Source of the DNA: Acutalibacteraceae bacterium
GTDB taxonomy: Bacteria; Bacillota; Clostridia; Oscillospirales; Acutalibacteraceae
Length of the DNA: 64,000 nucleotides
Assembly: GCA_045591945.1 (NCBI GenBank)
Contig: JAZNTU010000046.1
Coordinates: 9,826-73,825, forward strand
Direction of reading: 5' to 3'
Within the stretch, counting starts at the first letter, position 1, and each line of letters opens with the position of its first letter. The translations under genes and the position numbers were made by a program. Of the stretch, positions 28,118 through 37,500 are shown piece after piece. The notes beneath the pieces are model-generated. The model was not told where the DNA came from. It ran no database searches and saw only the letters and a program-made list of their open reading frames with translations.

Positions 28118-28147
28118 ATAATATCATAATTTATATAATATTGTCAA
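28118..28147 (-). promoter_or_regulatory. promoter candidate of the pyr operon
   Basis: On the minus strand: TTGACA (28142-28147), an 18-nt spacer, then TGATATTAT, with the -10 hexamer at 28118-28123. Confidence 0.45.
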
Positions 28148-28250
28148 TATAAACCGAGGCTTTTTGAGTACCATTTTTTATATGTAAATATATATATTTT
28201 TTTGTTAAAAATTACTAAACTTACACTTTTATATTCTAAATCTTACAATA

Positions 28251-28279
28251 TTGCAGTGCTTTTTAATTGGTGGTATTAT
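28251..28279 (+). promoter_or_regulatory. promoter candidate of the GH38/GH33 operon
   Basis: TTGCAG (28251-28256), a 17-nt spacer, then TGGTATTAT, with the -10 hexamer at 28274-28279. Confidence 0.45.
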
Positions 28280-28317
28280 CTATATGTAGTTAAAACTCTA
28301 ATATTGGGGGATTTTTT

Positions 28318-31300
28318 ATGAGAACACCTAAAAAGGCTGTGCTTTTTGATATGCTTAAGCAATTAGAAAAATACTGCATAAGCGAAAGCACTAATATACC
28401 ACAGTGGGTTACCTACGATGGAAGCTACTTAGGTCAAGGCAAATACGAATTTAAAGAAAACGAGGCTCAGCTTATTACCCTTGGCCAGCATTGGCTTGCA
28501 AGGTATGACTGTGCAAGAATTTTCAAAGCGCAGGTTACACTCCCTGAAAGCTACAGGGGCAAAAAAATCTACTTAAAGCTTGATTTTGGTGGCGAAATAA
28601 TTGTCAGAATAGACGGTAAAATCGCAAACTCCGTTTCATCAAGAGAAAAAAGTGGTTGGGTCGGCAGAGAAACTGTAAACATTACCCCCAACTTTTTAAA
28701 ATTTGGTGAGCCTATAGAAATCGAGCTTGAGGCCTCTGTTGACTCTGCAGGCTTTTGCAACGATGCTATGGCAGGCAAAACAGAATGTGAATACACCTTA
28801 AAATATGCCCAATTTTGCGTTATTGACGAAATATGCGAAAGATTTTACCTTAACTGCGTAACTGCTTGGGATGCTTTAGAATACATAAACGATGAATTTA
28901 CAAAGGAAAGCGTATACAAGGTGCTTGACGATTCTATTCACCTTGTTGATTTTGATTTTGACGATGAGCAGGCAAGAGCATCTATTGCCGTTGCTTGCGA
29001 GCATTTTGAGAAAAAGCTTAGCGAAATCCCCTACACTGCACAATCACACGTTATTATGGATGGTCACAGCCACATCGACGTTGCTTGGCTGTGGAGAATA
29101 CAGGAATCCGAAAGAAAATGTGCGAGAACCTATGCAAATAACCTTGCACTTATGGACGTGTACCCTGAATTCACCTTTACCCAAAGCCAGGCCGTAGTTT
29201 ACGATATGGTTAAGCAAAACTACCCTGAGCTTTATGAGAGAATAAAAGAGAAGGTTAAAAACGGCCAGTGGAACATTGTTGGTAACACCTGGGTTGAGTG
29301 TGACACAAACATTGCATCGGGCGAAAGCATGATTCGTCAGCTTTTATACGGCAGAGAGTTTTTCCTTGAGGAATTCGGTGTATCATCTGACACATATTGG
29401 CTCCCTGACTGCTTCGGATTTTCACACGCATTACCTCAAATTATTAAAAAGAGTGGTATGAAATATTTTATTACCACAAAGCTTCTCAACCAGGACACAA
29501 ACCGTTTCCCTCACACCTTATTCAAGTGGAAGGGACACGACGGCTCACAAATTCTTGCTCTTAACCAACGCTCACACTACCAGGGTGATTTTGACCCGGC
29601 GCAGGTACACGCAGCCTCCTACAACAACGACCTTAAGGGCGTTATGAAAACAGGCTTTGGTATGTTCGGCTACGGCGACGGTGGTGGAGGAAGCACCTAC
29701 AGAATGCTTGAAAATGCAAAGCGCTTAAAGAATTTCCCCGGCCTGCCATCAACTAAAATGGGGCATCCACAGGAGTTTTTTGCAGAGGTGGAAAAGGTTA
29801 GCGATGAGCTGCCTACTTACTGCGATGAGCTTTACTACGAAAACCACCGTGGTACCTACACAAGCCAAGGCTTTATTAAAAAAGGTAACAGGCAAAGTGA
29901 ATTTTTGCTTACCCGAATTGAAATGGCAAAGGTTTTCGGTGGTGGCTACCAGGCAGAGGAGCTTAAAGCAATATGGCGCAAGCTCCTTACAAACCAATTC
30001 CACGATATTTTGCCCGGCACCTCTATACACGAGGCTATGGAGGACTGCAGAGCTTCATTCAATGAGCTTTTAACTGAGGCTAAAGCTATTTACGATGAAA
30101 GCCTTGTTAAGCTGTCAAGCAACGTTAAAGTAACTGTAGATGGTGTTATTGTATGGAATATGCTCCCACAAAAATGCACCTCTTTTGTTACAATTGAAGG
30201 CACAAGGGCTGTTGGCAAGCTTTTCCGTAATTTTGAAAAGGACGGCGCTGCCTACACAGAATTTATTGCCGAGGACGTACCTGCAATGGGCTATAAATTC
30301 TTCCCATTTGAGGGCGAATGTGAAGCTTCTGACGTTACAATAGGCAACGGAGTTATTGAAAACGATATTCTCCGTATTGAATACGATGAAAACGGTAATC
30401 TTACCTCAATATTCGATAAAGAAAACAACAGAGAAACACTTACAGGCACAGCAAATATCATTACAATTTTTATTGATAAATGTGTACACGAGACTGCCTG
30501 GAACCTTGAGCAAAACTATGAAAAGAAAAAATGGGTGCTTGAAAAGGCAGACAGCGTAGAAATTACAGAACGCTCACCTGTAAGAGCTGTGCTGAGAGTT
30601 ACAAAAACCTTTAATAAATCTACAATTACACAAAACATTATCCTTTATGCAGGTTCAAGGCAGGTTCTATTTGAAACTGAGGTCGATTGGCAGGAAAGAG
30701 ATAAGGTTATGAAAGCCTCCTTCCCTGTTAACGTGCTTAACACAGAGGCAACCTTTGAGGCTGCTCACGGAGCAATAAAAAGACCTACACACAGAAATTC
30801 ATCCTTTGATGCTGCACGCTTTGAGCAATGCGCACATAAGTGGGCAGACCTTTCCGAGGGCGACTACGGTGTAAGTATTCTTAACGACTGCAAGTACGGC
30901 TACGATATACTTGACAGTATAATGCGAATCACTCTTTTAAGAGCACCCACCTGCCCCGACAGGAAGGGCGATTTGGGATATCACAAATTCACCTATGCCT
31001 TCTACCCACACAGTGGCACCTGGCAAACAGGTGGTACAGTACAAGAGGCCTTCAAGCTGAATGTTCCACTCAAAGCAATACCTGTAAGCGCACAGAGTGG
31101 TACACTTCCTGAAAGCCACAGCTACATTTACTGCGATAATGACGATATTATTATTGATGCAGTTAAGGCCGCACAGGACGGTAACGGCACAATTATACGT
31201 GTTTACCAAAGCAGAAGAGTACGTGGACAAAGAACGCTTACGATTAATTTGCCGTTTACGCAGGTGTTTGAATGTAACCTTATGGAGGATGAAAACAAGC

Positions 31301-31374
31301 CTATTGATTTTGTTGATAACACCATAACCTTCAACATAACACCATTTGAGGTAAAGACCTTTAGAATAATTTGA
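28318..31374 (+). CDS. alpha-mannosidase, glycoside hydrolase family 38 (no signal peptide)
   Basis: 1018 aa. The GH38 signature MDGHSHIDVAWLW is present, plus WLPDCFG and NQFHDILPGTSI. Confidence 0.9.
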   Translation: MRTPKKAVLFDMLKQLEKYCISESTNIPQWVTYDGSYLGQGKYEFKENEAQLITLGQHWLARYDCARIFKAQVTLPESYRGKKIYLKLDFGGEIIVRIDGKIANSVSSREKSGWVGRETVNITPNFLKFGEPIEIELEASVDSAGFCNDAMAGKTECEYTLKYAQFCVIDEICERFYLNCVTAWDALEYINDEFTKESVYKVLDDSIHLVDFDFDDEQARASIAVACEHFEKKLSEIPYTAQSHVIMDGHSHIDVAWLWRIQESERKCARTYANNLALMDVYPEFTFTQSQAVVYDMVKQNYPELYERIKEKVKNGQWNIVGNTWVECDTNIASGESMIRQLLYGREFFLEEFGVSSDTYWLPDCFGFSHALPQIIKKSGMKYFITTKLLNQDTNRFPHTLFKWKGHDGSQILALNQRSHYQGDFDPAQVHAASYNNDLKGVMKTGFGMFGYGDGGGGSTYRMLENAKRLKNFPGLPSTKMGHPQEFFAEVEKVSDELPTYCDELYYENHRGTYTSQGFIKKGNRQSEFLLTRIEMAKVFGGGYQAEELKAIWRKLLTNQFHDILPGTSIHEAMEDCRASFNELLTEAKAIYDESLVKLSSNVKVTVDGVIVWNMLPQKCTSFVTIEGTRAVGKLFRNFEKDGAAYTEFIAEDVPAMGYKFFPFEGECEASDVTIGNGVIENDILRIEYDENGNLTSIFDKENNRETLTGTANIITIFIDKCVHETAWNLEQNYEKKKWVLEKADSVEITERSPVRAVLRVTKTFNKSTITQNIILYAGSRQVLFETEVDWQERDKVMKASFPVNVLNTEATFEAAHGAIKRPTHRNSSFDAARFEQCAHKWADLSEGDYGVSILNDCKYGYDILDSIMRITLLRAPTCPDRKGDLGYHKFTYAFYPHSGTWQTGGTVQEAFKLNVPLKAIPVSAQSGTLPESHSYIYCDNDDIIIDAVKAAQDGNGTIIRVYQSRRVRGQRTLTINLPFTQVFECNLMEDENKPIDFVDNTITFNITPFEVKTFRII

Positions 31375-31387
31375 TGGGAGAAAAGCA

Positions 31388-32860
31388 ATGAATATTACTA
31401 ACCCTTATTCAGCAGGCACTGCAAACAGCAAGCTATTTCGCATACCTGCAATATTAACACTTAAAAGTGGCCGAATTATTGCTTGTGGCGATATACGCTA
31501 CGGCAACGGAACAGATGACCCTGCCAATATTGAAACTGCCTTGCGCTACTCTGATGATAACGGTGCAACCTGGTCAGAGGTGATATTTGTTAACAGCTTT
31601 GAGGATATGGAGCACGCTGACCACACAAAGGCCATTCCCAAAAGTGCATCCTTTTGCGATGCTGCAATTTGCGAGGCTGAGGATAATGTTATTTACCATA
31701 TGTGTGATGCCTGCCCTGCTTTTATGGGACTTTGGAGTGCAGGCACCTACGGAAAAGGCAGCGGCTTTATAGATGGCAAGCTTTCCCTATGTGACCAAAC
31801 AAGTGCAGAAAAAGCAGAAAGCACCACTTTAGATAAAGCACACTACCCATATTACGTGGGTGAGTTTGATGAAAACGGCTTTGCCCCTGTTTTAAAGCAC
31901 GCTGATGACTCTTTATATAACGGATACCACGTAGATAAAGGTTACTACATTTACACTAAGACTGAGGAAGGCTTTACACCTGTTACCGTAAAGCAAATGA
32001 ACAAGGACGGCACGTTAAATAACAAGGATGTACACGCCAACGTATTTTTTGCATATGCGCCCATAAAGCTTTATCCTACGTACTATTTATGGATGAAAAA
32101 AAGCACCGATGGCGGCAAAACCTGGGATATGGGTAAAATATTAAACAAGCAAATCAACTCCTCGGGCTTTACAGGTTTTGCACCGGGCAGAGGTATTTGT
32201 GTTAATGTAAACGGCAAAAAGAGAGTAATTTTTGCAATATACGATAACAATGCCCGCACAGAATATACAAGCGCTATTTACACAGAGGATGGCGGCGAAA
32301 CCTGGCACAGAAGCGAAAAGGCTAAAAAGGTAGGTACTGCCGGAAAAAGCTCCGAAACACAGTTTGTGCTGATGAACAACAATATTATACGAATGTATTC
32401 AAGAAATATTGCAGGCTACATAAGCTATTGTGACTCGAAGGACTATGGTGAAACCTGGGGTGAATATACTCTTGACAAGGCACTTAAATATTGCTCTAAC
32501 TGTATGGTTTCATTTATAAACTACTCAAAGGAAATAGATGGAAAAAAGGTAATTGTAGCCTCCTACCCATCCCGAAAAATAAGAAAATCCGGTGTTATAC
32601 GACTCGGTCTTTTCGGGGATGATAACAAGGTAGTGTGGAAATACAGAAAAAATGTTACAGACTCCCTTAATCCTTTCGATTTTGTATACTCCTGCTTAAC
32701 AGAGGATTCTCTCGGTAATATTTTGGATTTATACGAAAGTGATAAAGCTGAATTTACACTTAAAGCCTTCACCTTAGAGGAGCTCATGGTGAATGATTCA
32801 CACAAGCTTTCACTCATAGATAGTATAAAATCAAGATACTACAACGCCACAAGGAAATAA
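31388..32860 (+). CDS. BNR/Asp-box sialidase-like protein (GH33-like), no signal peptide
   Basis: 490 aa. It has the FRIP motif (KLFRIPAIL) and DIRY. Four Asp-boxes are present: SDDNGATW, STDGGKTW, TEDGGETW and SKDYGETW. A GGGAG RBS precedes it, 13 nt after the GH38 stop. Confidence 0.75.
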   Translation: MNITNPYSAGTANSKLFRIPAILTLKSGRIIACGDIRYGNGTDDPANIETALRYSDDNGATWSEVIFVNSFEDMEHADHTKAIPKSASFCDAAICEAEDNVIYHMCDACPAFMGLWSAGTYGKGSGFIDGKLSLCDQTSAEKAESTTLDKAHYPYYVGEFDENGFAPVLKHADDSLYNGYHVDKGYYIYTKTEEGFTPVTVKQMNKDGTLNNKDVHANVFFAYAPIKLYPTYYLWMKKSTDGGKTWDMGKILNKQINSSGFTGFAPGRGICVNVNGKKRVIFAIYDNNARTEYTSAIYTEDGGETWHRSEKAKKVGTAGKSSETQFVLMNNNIIRMYSRNIAGYISYCDSKDYGETWGEYTLDKALKYCSNCMVSFINYSKEIDGKKVIVASYPSRKIRKSGVIRLGLFGDDNKVVWKYRKNVTDSLNPFDFVYSCLTEDSLGNILDLYESDKAEFTLKAFTLEELMVNDSHKLSLIDSIKSRYYNATRK

Positions 32861-32908
32861 TGCAAAAACAATTCCCTTGCACAAAGGAAAACGTTTATAA
32901 ACAGAAGC

Positions 32909-32949
32909 ACCGACCACACAAAAACTTGTGTGGTCGGTATAGTTTTGTT
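32909..32949. terminator. intrinsic terminator between the sialidase-like gene and ylmC
   Basis: ACCGACCACACAA (32909-32921) / TTGTGTGGTCGGT (32926-32938), followed by a U-rich tail. Confidence 0.7.
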
Positions 32950-33196
32950 ATATCCTTTTTCCACCTTTGCGTACAAGGATTGTGTCATCGCCGATTACTA
33001 CAATATCCTTCCAGCAAACAATGATTTCTTCGCCTCTGCCAAAAAAGCCACATATGCCCTTACCACAAAAAACGGTAATGCTCACGAGGCAGCCGGTGCA
33101 GGTATCTATTTCAACATCGGTTACGCAGCCTAATCTGCAACCACTATCAATGCTAACAACCTCTTTTGCTCGCAAATCGGTTACGGTACATTTCAA
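32948..33196 (-). CDS. ylmC: YlmC/YmxH-family sporulation protein (PRC-barrel)
   Basis: 82 aa, ..LRAKEVVSIDSGCRLGCVTDVEIDTCTGCLVSI...WKDIVVIGDDTILV. The TTG start has GGGG 8 nt upstream and overlaps the stop of the upstream gene (TTGA). Confidence 0.8.
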   Translation of the reverse strand: MKCTVTDLRAKEVVSIDSGCRLGCVTDVEIDTCTGCLVSITVFCGKGICGFFGRGEEIIVCWKDIVVIGDDTILVRKGGKRI

Positions 33197-34095
33197 AGCA
33201 TCAACCCCAATACTGCCAAAGGCTCTATTTTTTTGTATATTTCTTCAAAGCTCTCTACAGGCAAGGGATTTTTACCCTTACCTATTTCTATTGTAAAGGC
33301 AGGCTCCTTAAATTCCTCTATAAACCAATCCTTAAGTCCTCCACTACTACAATGACCTGCATTTGATACCAAGGTATAATCTGTTACCCCTGCAAGGGCC
33401 TTTGCAATTAAAAGTGAGTTTTTTGGCGTGTTTTTGCCGTACTCAAAAAAAATTTCTTCCCCCTGTGAATGGAAGGAATAAAGTCTGTGAAAATGCACTT
33501 CTCTTAAAATATCTGTAAGCGCTTTTACCTCTGGCTCACTTTCGGGGTAAGCGCCACCAAACCTGCGTGGAGAAGGCTTTGTTACGCCGTTTAACCGTTC
33601 AAAATCTCTCAAAGTATACCAATCGGCATTAAAATTGTGGTTTAAATCTACGCCGTTAGCATTAGCGCTCCACTCTGAAAAATCAAACTTACAAATATCA
33701 TAAAGCTGCTCCTTCAAATTCTCACAGGCACTAATACCCTTTTGGGCAATATCCACACCATCAGGGTTTAGCATTGGCACAACTGCAAGGCTTACGTTTT
33801 TTAACAAAGCTCTTGCACTATAGCCCTGTATACAGGTATTTTCCTTTTCTGCCCAAAGCAGCTCCTCGCAAAGCTTTAACAGCACAAGTGTAGTAAGCCA
33901 CTCAAGTCCGTGGGTAGCACCTACGTACATCACCCTTTTTTTGCCGTTACCTATACGAAGGCAAAAAAGCTCCTTGCCCATAACGGATTTGCCTAAAGAT
34001 ACCAGCCTTAAGCTACTGTATTGTGCGCACAGCTTTTCTATATACTTTTTCATTAAATCATATGTAACTGCTTCACTTTTTATAATTCTTTCCAT
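33193..34095 (-). CDS. M14-family zinc carboxypeptidase (gamma-D-glutamyl-meso-diaminopimelate peptidase-like)
   Basis: ORF 33193..34161. The ATG at 34095 is preceded by AGAGGTG. The HxxE zinc motif appears in VGATHGLEW, and NPDG is also present. Confidence 0.8.
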   Translation of the reverse strand: MERIIKSEAVTYDLMKKYIEKLCAQYSSLRLVSLGKSVMGKELFCLRIGNGKKRVMYVGATHGLEWLTTLVLLKLCEELLWAEKENTCIQGYSARALLKNVSLAVVPMLNPDGVDIAQKGISACENLKEQLYDICKFDFSEWSANANGVDLNHNFNADWYTLRDFERLNGVTKPSPRRFGGAYPESEPEVKALTDILREVHFHRLYSFHSQGEEIFFEYGKNTPKNSLLIAKALAGVTDYTLVSNAGHCSSGGLKDWFIEEFKEPAFTIEIGKGKNPLPVESFEEIYKKIEPLAVLGLML

Positions 34096-34222
34096 AAGCA
34101 CCTCTAATATTTTGATATTAGAATATATGCTTAAGTAACCTGAATTATTTACAAATAACAAATTTTATGGTTTAATTGTGTTATATTAATTATCTAATAA
34201 TTTTAATCTACGGAGAATTTTT

Positions 34223-36352
34223 ATGATTTTTCTTGCTTTTATAATTTTAACCATATTTTCTGCCCTCGCATTTTTTATTTATAGAAAGGCCACCAAGGCA
34301 GATTCACACTCAAAAAGAGATTGTTTTTCATTTATTGCAATAATTTTGTTTTGCCTTGGTCTTGAAATCTCAATTTTCAACATTAATTACTACACAAGCA
34401 AGGGCTACGATAATTTTTCGTTAACCAACTATATTTCCGACCAAAAGGATGCTCAAGGCGAATACACCGTACTTTCGGGAAACGAGCTTGAATTTTCGGA
34501 GCTTAACAGAGAAATTAAAAACATAAAAATAACACCCTCCGGCTCTGCTCCACAAACAATGCAGGTAACTGTTTATCTTACCGACCAGGGTAACGAATTT
34601 TACTACCCGACACCTGCAAGGGTGATATACAGAGACGTTGAAAAAAGCTACTATATAAACGTTAATACGGCTGGAGAATCACAACACCTAAAATTGATTT
34701 TTAGCAGTGATGACTACATTTTAAAGATTAAAGATATTTCCATAAATGAGGAAAGACCTTTTGATTTTTCATTTGGAAGATTCATGCTTTTTATTTGCAT
34801 ATTCTTGCTTTACGATATATTCAAGCCAAGCGCACGTATTTATAGAGCCCCACTTTGTGAGCTTCCAATCACAAAGCGCAACCTACGCACTCTGCTTTAT
34901 ATTGCGCTTTGCATTGCGTTTATAAGCATCGGCATATTAAATCCCTTGTTTGTTGGCTTAGATTACACAGAAAACGGTGTTACACTTGCACCTTTGAGTA
35001 TGCAGCACCACAATCAATACGATGAGCTTGCCCAAGCAATTTTACAAGGTAAAACATATATAGATAACAACGATATCCCTGAATCGTTACTAAATATGGA
35101 AAACCCATACGATACAACTGCACGTATGCAGCAGCAAAGCCTTACAGGCGACCGTTACCGTTGGGACGTAGCATTTTTTAACGGTCACTACTACGTATAT
35201 TTCGGTATTGTACCATTATTGCTTATGTACCTTCCCTGCAGAGCAATACTTGATGCACCCTTCCCTACTGCCTTTGGTATTATCGGCTTCGCATTTATTT
35301 TTGCTGTAGGTGTTTTCTCTTTACTTGAGCTTATCGCCACAAGGTATTTTAAAAAGCTTTCGCTTGGCACGTATCTTTTAACCTCATTTGCCTTTATATT
35401 TTGCTGTGGAACAATGTTCCTTGTAAAAAGACCTGATTTTTATTCACTACCTATTATTTGCGCCATGGCTTTTGTTGTATGGGGCTTGTACTGGTGGCTT
35501 AAAGGCAAGTATGCTCAAAAAAGACAAATGCTGTACTTTATTATCGGCTCAAGCTGTATGGCACTCTCTGTTGGCTGCAGACCTCAAAGCGTGCTTACGT
35601 GTGCGTTAGCTTTACCTATATTTGCAGAGTTTTTCTTTAAGGATAAATACATTTTATCGGGTAAAGGAATTAAAAATCTTATTGCCCTTGCCGTACCGTT
35701 TGTAATTGTTGCTTCGGGAATAATGTACTACAACTTTATTCGCTTCGGCTCACCTTTTGATTTTGGCTCAGGCTACAACCTTACTACAAACGACGTTACA
35801 AGCAGAGGCTTTGATATTTCCCGTACAGGACTTGGACTATTCACATACCTTTTCCAAACACCACAAATTGTAGCTACCTTCCCGTTTATTAAAAACGTGC
35901 AGATAAGCACTGCTTACGTTGGTAAAACAATTTACGAGCTTTGCTTTGGTGGTATTATTACCTGCACACCTGTATTATGGTTTATGTTTGCTTTACCTAA
36001 AGCAAAGCAGACCCTTAAAGAAAGCAAGCTTTTTGGAGTTACCGTTATAAGCATTTTAATAGCTATTGCAACAGTAATTGCCGATACGCAGGCAGGTGGA
36101 CTTTTGCAAAGATACTTTAGTGATTTCGGCTATATTTTCTTCTTTGCAGCTACTTTGGTAATATTTGCATTATTCAATAAAAATAATGATGCTCAATCAA
36201 CCAAAAATTTGCACTCATTATTATTCATTTCGACAATTTTCAGCGTTCTTTACACTTTTTGTCTTGTTTTTTCCGTGGCAGATGTTACAATAGATGTAAC
36301 GAGACCACAGCTGTTTGGCCACATTAAGCACCTTGTGGAATTCTGGTTATAA
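34223..36352 (+). CDS. large polytopic membrane protein, GT-C-like glycosyltransferase fold suspected
   Basis: 709 aa with a GGAG RBS. It has two N-terminal TMs, a soluble insert of about 130 aa, and at least 11 further hydrophobic segments. A large acidic loop is present (NPYDTTARMQQQSLTGDRYRWDVAFFNGHYYVYFG). I recognise no family signature with certainty. Confidence 0.6.
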   Translation: MIFLAFIILTIFSALAFFIYRKATKADSHSKRDCFSFIAIILFCLGLEISIFNINYYTSKGYDNFSLTNYISDQKDAQGEYTVLSGNELEFSELNREIKNIKITPSGSAPQTMQVTVYLTDQGNEFYYPTPARVIYRDVEKSYYINVNTAGESQHLKLIFSSDDYILKIKDISINEERPFDFSFGRFMLFICIFLLYDIFKPSARIYRAPLCELPITKRNLRTLLYIALCIAFISIGILNPLFVGLDYTENGVTLAPLSMQHHNQYDELAQAILQGKTYIDNNDIPESLLNMENPYDTTARMQQQSLTGDRYRWDVAFFNGHYYVYFGIVPLLLMYLPCRAILDAPFPTAFGIIGFAFIFAVGVFSLLELIATRYFKKLSLGTYLLTSFAFIFCCGTMFLVKRPDFYSLPIICAMAFVVWGLYWWLKGKYAQKRQMLYFIIGSSCMALSVGCRPQSVLTCALALPIFAEFFFKDKYILSGKGIKNLIALAVPFVIVASGIMYYNFIRFGSPFDFGSGYNLTTNDVTSRGFDISRTGLGLFTYLFQTPQIVATFPFIKNVQISTAYVGKTIYELCFGGIITCTPVLWFMFALPKAKQTLKESKLFGVTVISILIAIATVIADTQAGGLLQRYFSDFGYIFFFAATLVIFALFNKNNDAQSTKNLHSLLFISTIFSVLYTFCLVFSVADVTIDVTRPQLFGHIKHLVEFWL

Positions 36353-36366
36353 ACCCTATTAAAGGA

Positions 36367-37443
36367 ATGAGAAAATTGACTAAAATGAAAAAATCAAAGC
36401 TTATTAAAATTCTTTCGCTCACTATGGCTGCTATACTCATGGTAAGCTGCTTTGCAGGCTGTGGTAAAGAAGAGGAAGCACCTACCACCACAGCAGCACC
36501 TACAACCGAGGCAACTACACTTCCCCCTCCACCTGCAAACGTTAACCCACTTACAGGTGAGGCAGATTACCCCGAAGAGTTAATCGGCAACCGTTCAGTT
36601 TTAGTATCTGTTGAAAATCACCCACAGGCAAGGCCACAATGGGGTATTGCATCGGCAGATATTGTTTGGGAAATGCTTGCTGAGGGTGGCATTACAAGAA
36701 TGCTTTGTATGTTTGCAGATGCTTCTCGCCTTCCCGATAAGATTGGCCCTACAAGAAGTGCAAGGCATTACTTTGTTGAAATTGCAGAAGGCTTTGACTC
36801 TATATTTGTTCACTTCGGTGGTAGCCCACAAGGCTATAACGCCCTCAATAGCCACAACACAGCTCACATAGATGGTATGAGCGACAGTGGCTTCTCCCGT
36901 GACAGGTCAAGAAACGTTGACTCTGAGCACACAGCATACACAACAAAAGACGGTGTTATGAACAACATCGAAAAGAAAAGCTTCAGAACAACTGCTGAAG
37001 AAGGCAAGGATAAGCCATTTAAGTTTAACGAAGCTCCCGCTACCCTTTCAGGTGGCACCTGCACAAAGGTAAGTGTACCATTCTCCTCAAGCTTTACCTA
37101 TAAGTACACTTATGATGCTGAAAACAAGGTTTACTTAAGCTCCCTTAACGGCAATGCCTTTAAGGATGATAACGGCACACAGCAAAGCTTTACAAACATC
37201 ATCATCGTTTACTCTACAACAACCGTTCTTGACAGTAAGGGCAGAATTTCTTACGACCTTTCAAGTGGTAAGGGCGTGTACGTTTCAAACGGAACATACG
37301 AAAACATCACTTGGGAAAAGGGCGACTACTCTGACATTATGAAATTCTACGGTGCTGATGGCGAAGAGCTTTCACTTAACGTGGGCAGAAGCTACATTGC
37401 ACTTGTACCTACAAAGAATCAGGGACAGACAGTAATTGAATAA
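36367..37443 (+). CDS. DUF3048 (YerB-like) lipoprotein
   Basis: 358 aa. The signal peptide and lipobox read LMVSCFAGC|GKEEE. The DUF3048-like core is NPLTGE...VSVENHPQARPQWGIASADIVWEMLAEGGITRMLCMF. Confidence 0.75.
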   Translation: MRKLTKMKKSKLIKILSLTMAAILMVSCFAGCGKEEEAPTTTAAPTTEATTLPPPPANVNPLTGEADYPEELIGNRSVLVSVENHPQARPQWGIASADIVWEMLAEGGITRMLCMFADASRLPDKIGPTRSARHYFVEIAEGFDSIFVHFGGSPQGYNALNSHNTAHIDGMSDSGFSRDRSRNVDSEHTAYTTKDGVMNNIEKKSFRTTAEEGKDKPFKFNEAPATLSGGTCTKVSVPFSSSFTYKYTYDAENKVYLSSLNGNAFKDDNGTQQSFTNIIIVYSTTTVLDSKGRISYDLSSGKGVYVSNGTYENITWEKGDYSDIMKFYGADGEELSLNVGRSYIALVPTKNQGQTVIE

Positions 37444-37455
37444 CCTTCTAACAAG

Positions 37456-37497
37456 AACACCCCCGACAAACACTAAAATGTTTGTCGAGGGTGTTTC
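37456..37497. terminator. bidirectional terminator between the DUF3048 and DUF2461 genes
   Basis: AACACCCCCGACAAACA / TGTTTGTCGAGGGTGTT imperfect inverted repeat with a CTAAAA loop. Confidence 0.7.
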
Positions 37498-37500
37498 ATA

